NCBI GenBank assembly: GCA_018714565.1
Contig: DVNH01000006.1
Coordinates: 1,277 to 65,276, forward strand
DNA: 64,000 nt
Source: Candidatus Merdicola faecigallinarum
Lineage (GTDB): Bacteria > Bacillota > Clostridia > TANB77 > CAG-508
Direction: 5' to 3'
The translations under genes and the position numbers were made by a program. The notes beneath the pieces are model-generated. The model saw nothing but the letters and a program-made list of their open reading frames with translations, ran no database searches and was not told where the DNA came from. Numbering within the stretch: the first letter of the stretch is position 1; each line of letters starts with the position of its first letter. Below are positions 29,873 through 39,163 of this stretch, in pieces.

Positions 29873-30358
29873 ATGGAAGAAAAAAAGACTTGTGCTGATT
29901 TAAAAGTAACAGAAGAAATGAAAGAACTATTAGAAAAATATCATCATAATAAAGATGAATTAATTCAAATTCTAAATGAAGTTCAAGAAAAATATGGATA
30001 TATTCCAAAACAAGCGCAATTAGAGATTTCAGAAAACCTAAAAATACCAATGGCAGAAATTTATGGAGTTATCACATTTTATTCACGTTTTACATTAAAA
30101 CCAAAAGGAAAATATGCAATTTCTGTTTGTTTAGGAACAGCATGTTTTGTAAAAGGATCACAAAAAATTATGGACCGCTTAAAAGAAAGATTGGGAATTG
30201 AACCGGGACAAACGACAGAAGATGGAAAGTTTTCATTAGATGAAACGAGATGTGTGGGAGCTTGTGGTTTGGCTCCAGTATTTACAATCAATAATGAGGT
30301 GTATGGAAAAGCAACGATTAAACAATTAGATCAAGTTTTAGATGAATTAATGAAATAA
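29873..30358 (+). CDS. hydC: NuoE-like [2Fe-2S] subunit of a multimeric [FeFe]-hydrogenase (HydC/HndA type)
   Basis: 161 aa with Cys ligands in CLGTACFVKG and CVGACGLAPV. It is the first gene of the hydCBA cluster. Confidence 0.85.
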   Translation: MEEKKTCADLKVTEEMKELLEKYHHNKDELIQILNEVQEKYGYIPKQAQLEISENLKIPMAEIYGVITFYSRFTLKPKGKYAISVCLGTACFVKGSQKIMDRLKERLGIEPGQTTEDGKFSLDETRCVGACGLAPVFTINNEVYGKATIKQLDQVLDELMK

Positions 30359-30452
30359 AATAGTCAAGGAACCAATAGAGTAATCTAAAAATTTTAACTA
30401 AATGAAAAGATGGCAAAAATGAATAAGAAATAAAAGTCTAAGGAGGTAAAAT

Positions 30453-32312
30453 GTGAAAACAATAAACGAAATAGAAGAAATAAGGAGTAAAAAAAGAAAA
30501 GAATTAGACTTAAGAGTAAATACCAAAAGTGATACAAGAGAAAAACATATCTTAGTATGCCACGGCACAGGATGTACTTCCTCAAAATCGGAGAAGATAT
30601 TAGAAAATTTTAAAAAGATTATTGAAGAAAAGAAAATTGAAAATGTAAGAGTAATAAAGACAGGATGTTTTGGATTGTGTGCAAAAGGTCCAATTGTTAT
30701 TATAAGACCGGAAGATACTTTCTATGCAATGGTAACACCAGACGATTGTGAAGAAATTATACAAACACATATTGTAGAAGGAAATAAAGTAGAAAGATTA
30801 CTTTGTAAGGATATTGACGGAAGCGTAGTAGATCGATTAGATGAATTGACCTTTTATAAGAAACAAAAAAGAATTGCTTTGAAAAATTGTGGTGTAATTA
30901 ATCCCGAAGAAATTGATGAATATATTGCTTTTGATGGATATAAAGCATTAGAAAAAGTATTAAAGAAAATGACGCCAGAAGAAGTAATTGAAGTTATGAA
31001 AAATTCTGGACTAAGAGGACGTGGGGGAGCAGGATTTCCAACAGGAAAGAAATGGGAACTTACGAGATCTTATGAAGCAGATCAAAAATATGTGGTATGT
31101 AATGCAGATGAGGGAGATCCAGGAGCATTTATGGATCGTAGCATTTTGGAAGGGGATCCTCATAGTGTTTTAGAAGCAATGGAGATTGCAGCTTATACCA
31201 TAGGAGCAACAAAGGGATATATTTATGTTAGAGCAGAATATCCAATTGCAGTAAAAAGATTACAAATTGCAATCAACCAAGCAAGAGAATATGGATTATT
31301 GGGAAATCATATTTTAGGAACAGATTTTTGTTTTGATATTGAAATTCGATTAGGAGCTGGAGCCTTTGTTTGCGGAGAGGAAACAGCATTACTAGAATCC
31401 ATTGAAGGGAAAAGAGGGCAACCTAGGGTAAAACCACCATATCCAGCGGAAAGTGGACTATGGGGAAAACCAACTTTAATTAATAATGTGGAGACCTATG
31501 CAAATGTAGCACAAATTATTTTAAATGGTGCAGAATGGTTTTCTTCTATTGGAACAGCAACATCAAAAGGAACAAAAGTATTTGCATTAGGTGGGAATGT
31601 AAATAATATCGGATTAGTAGAAGTTCCGATGGGAACGACATTAAGAGAAATTGTGTATGATATTGGTGGAGGAATACCAAATAAAAGAGAATTTAAGGCA
31701 GCGCAAACAGGAGGACCATCTGGAGGTTGTATACCAAAAGAGCATTTAGATACTCCGATTGATTATGAATCTTTAAAAACGATTGGATCTATGATGGGAT
31801 CTGGTGGATTAATTGTAATGGATGATACAAAATGCATGGTTTGCTTAGCAAAATTTTATCTAGAATTTACAGTAAGCGAAAGTTGTGGAAAATGTACTCC
31901 TTGTAGAATTGGAACCAAGAGAATGTTAGAATTATTAGAAAAGCTATGTTCCGGAGAAGGTTCTGAATTAGATATCTATAAATTAGAAAAATTAGCAGTA
32001 AATATACAAAAAGCAAGCATTTGCGGACTAGGACAAAGTGCTCCAAATCCAGTACTAAGTACATTAAAATATTTCAGAGAAGAATTTAGACAACATGCAG
32101 TAGAAAAAGAATGTAAAACTTTAGAGTGTAAAGCAATGGCAAAAATAACAATCGATGAGGAAAAATGTAAAGGTTGTGGACTTTGTCAGAAACATTGTCC
32201 AGTACAAGCAATTGAAGGAGAGGCAAGAGAAAAAAGAGTAATCAATCAAGACAAGTGTATTAAATGTGGAACGTGTATTCAAGCATGCCCATTTAAGGCA
32301 ATCGGAAATTAA
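30453..32312 (+). CDS. hydB: NuoF-like NAD(P)H-binding flavoprotein subunit of a multimeric [FeFe]-hydrogenase (HydB/HndC type)
   Basis: 619 aa with an N-terminal thioredoxin-like 2Fe-2S module and GRGGAGFPTGKKW. It also has the SLBB/4Fe-4S region (ESCGKCTPCR) and two C-terminal CxxCxxCxxxCP motifs. It starts at a GTG after AGGAGG. Confidence 0.9.
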   Translation: MKTINEIEEIRSKKRKELDLRVNTKSDTREKHILVCHGTGCTSSKSEKILENFKKIIEEKKIENVRVIKTGCFGLCAKGPIVIIRPEDTFYAMVTPDDCEEIIQTHIVEGNKVERLLCKDIDGSVVDRLDELTFYKKQKRIALKNCGVINPEEIDEYIAFDGYKALEKVLKKMTPEEVIEVMKNSGLRGRGGAGFPTGKKWELTRSYEADQKYVVCNADEGDPGAFMDRSILEGDPHSVLEAMEIAAYTIGATKGYIYVRAEYPIAVKRLQIAINQAREYGLLGNHILGTDFCFDIEIRLGAGAFVCGEETALLESIEGKRGQPRVKPPYPAESGLWGKPTLINNVETYANVAQIILNGAEWFSSIGTATSKGTKVFALGGNVNNIGLVEVPMGTTLREIVYDIGGGIPNKREFKAAQTGGPSGGCIPKEHLDTPIDYESLKTIGSMMGSGGLIVMDDTKCMVCLAKFYLEFTVSESCGKCTPCRIGTKRMLELLEKLCSGEGSELDIYKLEKLAVNIQKASICGLGQSAPNPVLSTLKYFREEFRQHAVEKECKTLECKAMAKITIDEEKCKGCGLCQKHCPVQAIEGEAREKRVINQDKCIKCGTCIQACPFKAIGN

Positions 32313-32327
32313 AGGGAGGGAAAATAA

Positions 32328-34080
32328 ATGGAAGAAAATTTAGTAACGTTAACAATTGATGGTGTTCAAGTAAAAGCACCAAAAGGAACAACAATATTGG
32401 AAGCGGCAAAACTAGCAGGAATTGATATCCCAACCTTATGCTTTTTAAAAGAGATAAATGAAGTGGGAGATTGCAGGATGTGTATTGTAGAAGTAGAAGG
32501 AAGAAGAGGATTTGCAACATCATGTATCCAAACGGTTGAAGAAGGAATGGTAGTACATACACATACTCCAAGTGTTTTAGAAGCAAGACATTTAATACTA
32601 GACTTAATTATATCCAACCATTCAAAAGATTGTTTAACTTGTACACGCTCTCGGAAATTGTGAGCTACAATCTCTAGCAGTAAAATTTAATGTATTACAA
32701 GTAGAATTTCCAGGGGAAAGAACAGAACACAAAATAGATGATTTATCTCCTTCTATTGTAAGAGATTTCAATAAATGTATTCTTTGTAGAAGATGTGTAG
32801 CAGCATGTAAGAATGTACAAAAAATTGGTGCAATTGATTGTATTAATCGTGGATTTGAATCCTGTATTTCAACAGTAGGAGATCATAGTTTAAATGATGT
32901 AAATTGTACTTTTTGTGGTCAATGTATTGAAGCCTGTCCAACAGGAGCACTACATGAAAAAGAAACAATTGATGATGTATGGGTAAAATTAAAGGATCCA
33001 GATTCTTATGTTATTGTTCAAACAGCTCCAGCAGTTAGAGTAGCACTTGGGGAAGAATTTGGAATGGAGATTGGAACCAATGTGGCAGGAAAGATGGTAA
33101 GTGCGCTAAAACGATTGGGATTTGATAAAGTATTTGATACCAATACGGGAGCAGATTTTACAATTATGGAAGAAGCCAGTGAATTAATCGAAAGATTAGA
33201 AAAGAAAGATCATTTACCAATGATTACTTCTTGTTCTCCAGGATGGGTAAAATATATCGAAATGAATTATCCAGAGTTATTACCACATTTATCAAGTTGT
33301 AAATCACCACACCAAATGTTTGGAGCAATTCTAAAAACATATTTTGCAGAAAAAGAAGGAATAGATCCTAGAAAAATTTATGTAGTATCTGTTATGCCAT
33401 GTATTGCCAAGAAATTTGAAAGAGGAAGACCAGAAATGAAAGAAGATGGTCTTTATGATGTAGATAATGTTATTACAACAAGGGAGCTTTCACGTATGAT
33501 AAAACAAGCAAACATTGAATTTACAAAATTAGGAGATACTGCATTTGATAATCCAATGGGAGAGGCAACAGGAGCTGCTGCAATCTTTGGAACTACTGGA
33601 GGAGTAATGGAAGCAGCATTAAGAACAGCACAGGATGTATTAACCGGAGAAGATTTAGAAAAAATAGATTTTAAACAAGTAAGAGGAGAAGAAGGGATAA
33701 AAAGAGCAACCGTAAATATTGCAGGAAATGATTTAAATGTAGTAGCAGCAAGCGGACTTTCTAATGCAAGACAGATATTAGAAGAAATAAAAAATGGAAC
33801 AGCAAATTATCAATTTGTAGAAATTATGGCTTGCCCAGGCGGATGCATTATGGGTGGAGGGCAGCCAATTAAAAGCTCAAAAATCAGAAGAGAGGTAGAT
33901 GTAAGAAAATTAAGAGCAGATGCACTTTATACCATTGATGAAAGAAGTACCATTCGAAAATCACATGAAAATCCAATTCTAAAGAAAATATATAAAGATT
34001 ATTTAGGTGCTCCAGGAGGAGAAAAAGCTCATAAGTTGTTACATACACATTATGTAGAAAGAGATAAGTATCATATATAG
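32328..34080 (+). pseudogene. hydA: [FeFe]-hydrogenase catalytic subunit HydA, reading frame broken by a +1 insertion near 32652 (pseudogene or sequencing error)
   Basis: Frame 1 (32328-32663) encodes the 2Fe-2S N-terminus up to ...DCLTCTRS. Deleting the C at 32652 continues with GNCELQSLAV..., then two 4Fe-4S motifs and the H-cluster domain in the frame of ORF 33064-34080. H-cluster motifs are MPCIAKKFE and EIMACPGGCIMGGGQP. The first motif reads TSCSPGW rather than TSCCPxW. Confidence 0.88.
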
Positions 34081-34168
34081 AGAAGAAAAACGCATTTTTC
34101 GAAATTTTGTTTGACATTCGTTTGTTTGTATGATAGGATAATAAAAAAATAGAAAAGGGCGTGATTGT

Positions 34169-34816
34169 TTGAAAAAGGATAGAAGCGATTTAAATAAAAG
34201 AGAAAGAGCAATTCTAAGTTTTATAGAGAAGCAAATAAATGCTTTTGGATATCCACCATCAGTAAGAGAGATAGGAAAGGCAGTAGGTTTAAGTTCAACA
34301 GCAACAGTACATGGATATTTAGCAAAACTAGAACAAAAAGGATATATTCGTAAAGAATCACAAAAAGGAAGAACTTTAAGATTAATCAAAGGATCAGATA
34401 AAAGAGTAGATCCAGAGCCAAAAGATTTTTATAATGGAAAAGAGATGGTAGAAGTTCCTGTTATTGGAAAAATTACAGCAGGGGCACCAATTTTGGCTGT
34501 AGAAAATGTAACAGACACATTCCCAATTCCTATCGATTTTGTTGGAAATTGTGAAAGCTTTATGCTTACCGTAAGAGGAGAAAGTATGATTGAAGCGGGA
34601 ATATTAGATGGAGATTATATTTTAGTAAAAAAACAAAATCATGCAAATAATGGAGAAATTGTAGTTGCTTTAATTGGAGATGAAGCAACAGTAAAAACAT
34701 TTTATAAAGAGAAAGATCATATTCGTTTACAACCAGAAAATAGCACAATGGATCCAATTATTGTTCCAGACTGTAATATACTTGGAAAAGTAGCTGGTGT
34801 TTTTAGAAAAATGTAA
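34169..34816 (+). CDS. lexA: LexA repressor
   Basis: 215 aa with the N-terminal wHTH ([34 protein letters not shown]) and the S24 peptidase Ser (GESM) and Lys (VKTF). It uses a TTG start. Confidence 0.92.
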   Translation: MKKDRSDLNKRERAILSFIEKQINAFGYPPSVREIGKAVGLSSTATVHGYLAKLEQKGYIRKESQKGRTLRLIKGSDKRVDPEPKDFYNGKEMVEVPVIGKITAGAPILAVENVTDTFPIPIDFVGNCESFMLTVRGESMIEAGILDGDYILVKKQNHANNGEIVVALIGDEATVKTFYKEKDHIRLQPENSTMDPIIVPDCNILGKVAGVFRKM

Positions 34817-34943
34817 GCAGAAATAAGAGAAAGAATCCAAAAAGAACTTCAATAATAGTTGAAGTTCTTTTTGGATAGAAAAAATCATTTTTAGAATAAT
34901 ATTTTTACTTTTATAAAATAATAAATTTATAGAGGTGAAAAGA

Positions 34944-35138
34944 ATGGAAAATGATCAAAAACAGAGAAATAAAAAAGAAAAAGAGATAAAAGTAGCACAA
35001 GAGGAAGTAGAAGATGCTACAGAATATGGAGAATTTGTTTGTTCCTATTTTGCATGGAAGACATTAGAAGAACAAAAAGAAAAAGCGAAAAAATTAGAAA
35101 AAATAACGCAACCAAAGAAAGAAAATGATATAATATAA
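34944..35138 (+). CDS. Hypothetical small charged protein (64 aa)
   Basis: The ATG at 34944 follows AGAGGTGA. The protein is K/E-rich and I recognised no family. Confidence 0.4.
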   Translation: MENDQKQRNKKEKEIKVAQEEVEDATEYGEFVCSYFAWKTLEEQKEKAKKLEKITQPKKENDII

Positions 35139-35178
35139 TTAGCCAAGATAGTACAGGCCAAGAAAGGAGTGAAAATAC

Positions 35179-35283
35179 ATGAAACAGAAAATGAGTATAA
35201 TAGGAAGCATACTTATATCTTCATTAAAAGTGGTAGGATTTTATGCTGTCTTATCGTATGCATTTATATGGGCATGTAAGTAA
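35179..35283 (+). CDS. Hypothetical 34-aa hydrophobic peptide (MKQKMSIIGSILISSLKVVGFYAVLSYAFIWACK)
   Basis: It is not in the ORF track because it is too short. A good SD (GAAAGGAGTG) lies 8 nt before the ATG. It has a single TM-like helix and is immediately followed by a strong GC hairpin. Confidence 0.5.
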   Translation: MKQKMSIIGSILISSLKVVGFYAVLSYAFIWACK

Positions 35284-35300
35284 CTCGAAAATTAAGCAAT

Positions 35301-35325
35301 CCCCCATGCTAGTCTAGCATGGGGG
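35301..35325 (+). terminator. Hairpin after the 34-aa ORF
   Basis: CCCCCATGCTAG-T-CTAGCATGGGGG, a perfect palindrome followed by ACTTTT. Confidence 0.65.
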
Positions 35326-35355
35326 ACTTTTAATGTACAGAAAAAAAATTATCTG

Positions 35356-35468
35356 CTTTTTTATTACGTAGGAAATTTCGAAAGAAATTTCTGGAGCAAC
35401 AAGGTTAAGTTACCTTAAGTGTGTGATTGTAAAGCAATCTGTACATGTGGTGAAGCCACTTTTCTTAT
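35356..35468 (+). repeat. Intergenic repeat family, locus 2: one full unit (35365-35468) preceded by a CTTTTTTAT junction
   Basis: TACGTAGGAAATTTCGAAAGAAATTTCTGGAGCAACAAGGTTAAGTTACCTTAAGTGTGTGATTGTAAAGCAATCTGTACATGTGGTGAAGCCACTTTTCTTAT is near-identical to 1881-1985. Its last bases overlap the stop codon of the convergent ABC gene. Confidence 0.9.
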
Positions 35469-37186
35469 TGAGAAGAAAATTGACTATAATATAAATCATA
35501 ATATTTTTTATGTTGTTTTAATAGAGAATCATGTGTTCCTTCCTCTACGATTTTTCCATTTTCCATTACTAAAATACGGTCCGCATTCCTTATCGTAGAT
35601 AAACGATGAGCAATTACAAGAGAAGTAGAATGGTCCATCAATGAATGAAATGCTTTTTGAATCTTATCTTCTGTAATTAGATCAATATTACTTGTTGCTT
35701 CATCTAAAATTAAGATGGGAGGATGAAGTAGCATGATACGGGCAATATTTATTAGTTGGATTTCACCAGGAGATAACATATCTACATTAGAAATATAGGT
35801 ATCATATCCATTAGGCAATCTTTGAATAAAAGAATCTGCATGTGCTTTTTTTGCTGCTGCTTCCATCTCTTCTTGTGATACGTTTTCTTTTCCATAAGTA
35901 ATATTTTCGCGAATGGTTCCAGTAAAGAGTTTTGTGTCTTGTAATACAAGACCAATATTTTTTCTAAGAAAATCTCTAGGCATATTATGAATAGAAATAC
36001 CATCGATAGAAATTTCGCCTTGTTGAATATCATAAAAACGTAATAATAAGTTAATTAATGTGGTCTTTCCAGATCCTGTTTTTCCAACAATTGCAATTTT
36101 TTCTCCTTTTTGAACAGATAGATTAAGATGAGAAATTAAAGTTTCTTGACCAGGGTAACCAAAGGTAACATCTTTAAATTCAATATATCCATTAAAGGAA
36201 CGAATTGGCAATGATCTTTCTTCATTTTTTTCTTCCGTTTCACCAAGAAAAGTAGCAATACGTTTTGCAGACGCGATAGCAGACTGGATATCGGAAATTA
36301 CAGAAGTGATTTCGTGGAATGGTCTAGTAAATGCAGTAATATACATTAAAAAACTAGAGAGTTCTCCAATTGTAAGTTTGCTAATCATAATTAAATAAAT
36401 ACCTATCATACCGATAGAAAGATAAGACAAATTTGATACAAAACGAATACATGGATTCGTTAAGGATGAGTAAAAATAAGCTTTTAAGCTAACTGTGTGA
36501 AATTTGTGATTAATTTTATCAAAACTTTCTTCGGCGATTGTTTCATAATTAAAAATTTGAAATGTTTTTTGACCAGATAAAATCTGCTCGGTATATCCAT
36601 TTAAAGAAGATAAAATATCTGCTCTTTGTTTAAAGAATTTTTTTGTTTTTTGTGTAATAAATTTAGAAATATAGTACATAATTGGCGCAACAATGACAAA
36701 AAGTAGAGTCATAATGAAATTCATTTTTAGCATAAGAATCAAAGAGAAAAGAATTGTACTAATTCCAGTTGTAATTTTAGAAAAACTTTGTAAAAAACCA
36801 GTAATAAATTGGTCTGTATCTAATGTGAATTGTTGAATAATACTCCCACTTTGGGTTTTATCTAAATAAGAAAGTGGTAAGCGATTTAATTTTTGAAAAA
36901 GATCTGAACGAATTTCCTTTGACATTTTAGCAGAAAAGTTTGTAAGAATATAGTTTAACAGACTGTCTGTAAAAAAGGAAAAAATATAAATACAAACTAA
37001 AATAAGTAAATATGTTAGTAAAGTTTCCCAAGAGCCTTCTAAAATATGATCAATTGTAACTCCAACATAAATAGGAGCAAAAATACGAAGCAAAGAAGAA
37101 ACAAAAGAAAACAAGATAAGAATAATAAGTAAAAATCGTTTTCGAAATAGATATTTCGATAAAAAAGAAATAATATTTGTTTTCAA
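35465..37186 (-). CDS. ABC exporter, fused permease/ATPase half-transporter (subunit with a degenerate signature motif)
   Basis: 573 aa with 6 TM segments plus an NBD. It has Walker A GKTGSGKTT and Walker B ILILDEATS, and the signature reads LSPGEIQ instead of LSGGQ. The TTG start lies 7 nt after AAAGGAGGT. Confidence 0.9.
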   Translation of the reverse strand: MKTNIISFLSKYLFRKRFLLIILILFSFVSSLLRIFAPIYVGVTIDHILEGSWETLLTYLLILVCIYIFSFFTDSLLNYILTNFSAKMSKEIRSDLFQKLNRLPLSYLDKTQSGSIIQQFTLDTDQFITGFLQSFSKITTGISTILFSLILMLKMNFIMTLLFVIVAPIMYYISKFITQKTKKFFKQRADILSSLNGYTEQILSGQKTFQIFNYETIAEESFDKINHKFHTVSLKAYFYSSLTNPCIRFVSNLSYLSIGMIGIYLIMISKLTIGELSSFLMYITAFTRPFHEITSVISDIQSAIASAKRIATFLGETEEKNEERSLPIRSFNGYIEFKDVTFGYPGQETLISHLNLSVQKGEKIAIVGKTGSGKTTLINLLLRFYDIQQGEISIDGISIHNMPRDFLRKNIGLVLQDTKLFTGTIRENITYGKENVSQEEMEAAAKKAHADSFIQRLPNGYDTYISNVDMLSPGEIQLINIARIMLLHPPILILDEATSNIDLITEDKIQKAFHSLMDHSTSLVIAHRLSTIRNADRILVMENGKIVEEGTHDSLLKQHKKYYDLYYSQFSSQ

Positions 37187-38932
37187 TTAAGAAACCTCCT
37201 TTGTTTGCATTTTATAAATCATTTGATAAATTGGCGATATTTTCAATAAAGTAGAATGATCACCAATGGATTCAATTTTTCCTTCATCCCATACTAAAAT
37301 TTGATCGCAAGTGGAAATAGTAGAAATTTTTTGTGAGGAAATGAAGGTAGTAATCTTTTTTTCTTTAATATAGCTAAAAATATTTTTCAAAATAAAAGAT
37401 TCTGTGGCAAAATCTAAAGAAGAAGTAGTATCGTCCAAAATGAGAATTTTAGGATCTCCAATAAATGCGCGAGCAATCGAAAGACGCTGTCTTTGACCTC
37501 CAGATAAATTAGTAGCATTTGGTTCTAAGGTATGCTCGATATTATCTGGAAATTGAAAAACAAAATCATAACAATCTGATTGTTTTAAAGCAAATGAAAG
37601 ATCTTCTTCCAATTCTGGATGTCCAAGTAGGATATTATTTTTTATGCTATTAGATAAAAAACTAGGATTTTGGTCAATAAATCGAACGATATTCTTTAAA
37701 TATTTTAAATTATATTCTTTGATAGGGTGTCCAAACAAAAGAAGATCTCCAGAGGAAATATCATAGGTTCGATTAAGTAAATTTAAAAAAGTGGATTTTC
37801 CGGATCCTGTTAAACCAATTAATCCAATTACTTGTCCCGGTTTTATTGAAAGATTTATGTTTTTAATGAAAGGATGATCCTCGTCATGCGAAAAAGATAC
37901 GTTTTTAAATTCAATTATATTTTCAAAAGATGGTTGAAGAGGAACATCTTTTGAACTAGAAGAAATAAAACTAAGATTTCCACCGTTAAAAACTGGTTTT
38001 TCGTTTAAGATTTCTAGAACTCTTTCTTTTGAAGCGAAGGCTTTGGTGTAGATTACAATTAAATTAGAAAGTACTACTACAGAAAGAAGAATTTGTGTAA
38101 TATAATTAATAATAGCGATTAAATCACCCTGTGATAAATTACCAGAAAGTAAATGGAAATGTCCTATATACAAAACAAATAAAATAGCAATATCTAAAAT
38201 AAAAGTAGAGATCGGATTAAAAAGTCCAGAAATAAAATTTGCAAATTTTGATAAAGATGCAATTTGCATATTAACATGATCCAATTTCTTTTTTTCTTTG
38301 CTTTGTGAAACAAGGCTTCGAATTAGTCGAATATTACTTAAATTTTCTTTTATTTGTAGAGCCATCTTATCTAATTTTTGATTTGCTTTTTTATGTAATT
38401 TAGAAGAGGATTTGCTAATCAACAAAATGCAAAAAGCTAAAGCAAAAATAAAACAAAGTAAAACAAATGCCAATGTTTGATCAAAATAAAAAATCATAAT
38501 AAAAGAACCGATACAAACAAAAGGAACACGAATGACTAAACGAATGAACATAGCGACAGCAGTCTCTAAATTAGTAACATCAAAAATAATACGATTAACA
38601 AGACTAGAAGATCCGAATTGCTTTGTTTGTTTTGATGATAATTTCAGAGAATGTGAAAATAGTTCTTTACGTAATTTAAAAGCAAAACCTTGAGACGTTT
38701 TGGCAGCGAAAAATTGTGCAAGAATGGCAGCAAGGCATCCTATCATAATTAAAAACAACATAAAGATTCCTCTTTGAATTAATTGAGAAGAACTTAGAAA
38801 AGAAAGTTTATTTAAAGAATCCGCAATAAAAAACGGAAGAAAAATTTCAATAATAGCTTCCAATAATTTTAAGAAAGGACCTAAAAAAAGTTCTTTTTTA
38901 TATTCTGATAAAAAATGAAGTAGTGTTTTCAA
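37187..38932 (-). CDS. ABC exporter, fused permease/ATPase half-transporter (subunit lacking the catalytic Glu)
   Basis: 581 aa with Walker A GLTGSGKST and signature LSGGQRQR. Walker B reads ILILDDTTS, with Asp in place of the catalytic Glu. This pattern is typical of heterodimeric exporters with one degenerate ATP site (BmrCD/LmrCD type). Confidence 0.9.
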   Translation of the reverse strand: MKTLLHFLSEYKKELFLGPFLKLLEAIIEIFLPFFIADSLNKLSFLSSSQLIQRGIFMLFLIMIGCLAAILAQFFAAKTSQGFAFKLRKELFSHSLKLSSKQTKQFGSSSLVNRIIFDVTNLETAVAMFIRLVIRVPFVCIGSFIMIFYFDQTLAFVLLCFIFALAFCILLISKSSSKLHKKANQKLDKMALQIKENLSNIRLIRSLVSQSKEKKKLDHVNMQIASLSKFANFISGLFNPISTFILDIAILFVLYIGHFHLLSGNLSQGDLIAIINYITQILLSVVVLSNLIVIYTKAFASKERVLEILNEKPVFNGGNLSFISSSSKDVPLQPSFENIIEFKNVSFSHDEDHPFIKNINLSIKPGQVIGLIGLTGSGKSTFLNLLNRTYDISSGDLLLFGHPIKEYNLKYLKNIVRFIDQNPSFLSNSIKNNILLGHPELEEDLSFALKQSDCYDFVFQFPDNIEHTLEPNATNLSGGQRQRLSIARAFIGDPKILILDDTTSSLDFATESFILKNIFSYIKEKKITTFISSQKISTISTCDQILVWDEGKIESIGDHSTLLKISPIYQMIYKMQTKEVS

Positions 38933-39163
38933 AATATTCCTCCTAAGTGTTTTTTTGAGATTATATCATAAGATAGAAAAAAAGAAATGAAAAAAATGTA
39001 AAATATAGAATGAAAAGTAACAGAGAAAAAATAATACAAAATTAGAAAAAATAGAAGCAAAAAAGGAAAAAGAGTAAGAAAGGAAAGATAGAAAAATGAT
39101 TGCGGAAATGCGGAAAACGTGATATAGTATATAGTATCTTTTTTAATAAGGAGGAGGATTTTT

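Noticed and set aside
34100-34113. Possible LexA (SOS) box, CGAAATTTTGTTTG, upstream of lexA
   Set aside because: It matches the Firmicute CGAAC-N4-GTTCG consensus only with two symmetric mismatches. I cannot distinguish it from chance in AT-rich DNA without a position weight matrix, so I did not report it as a feature.
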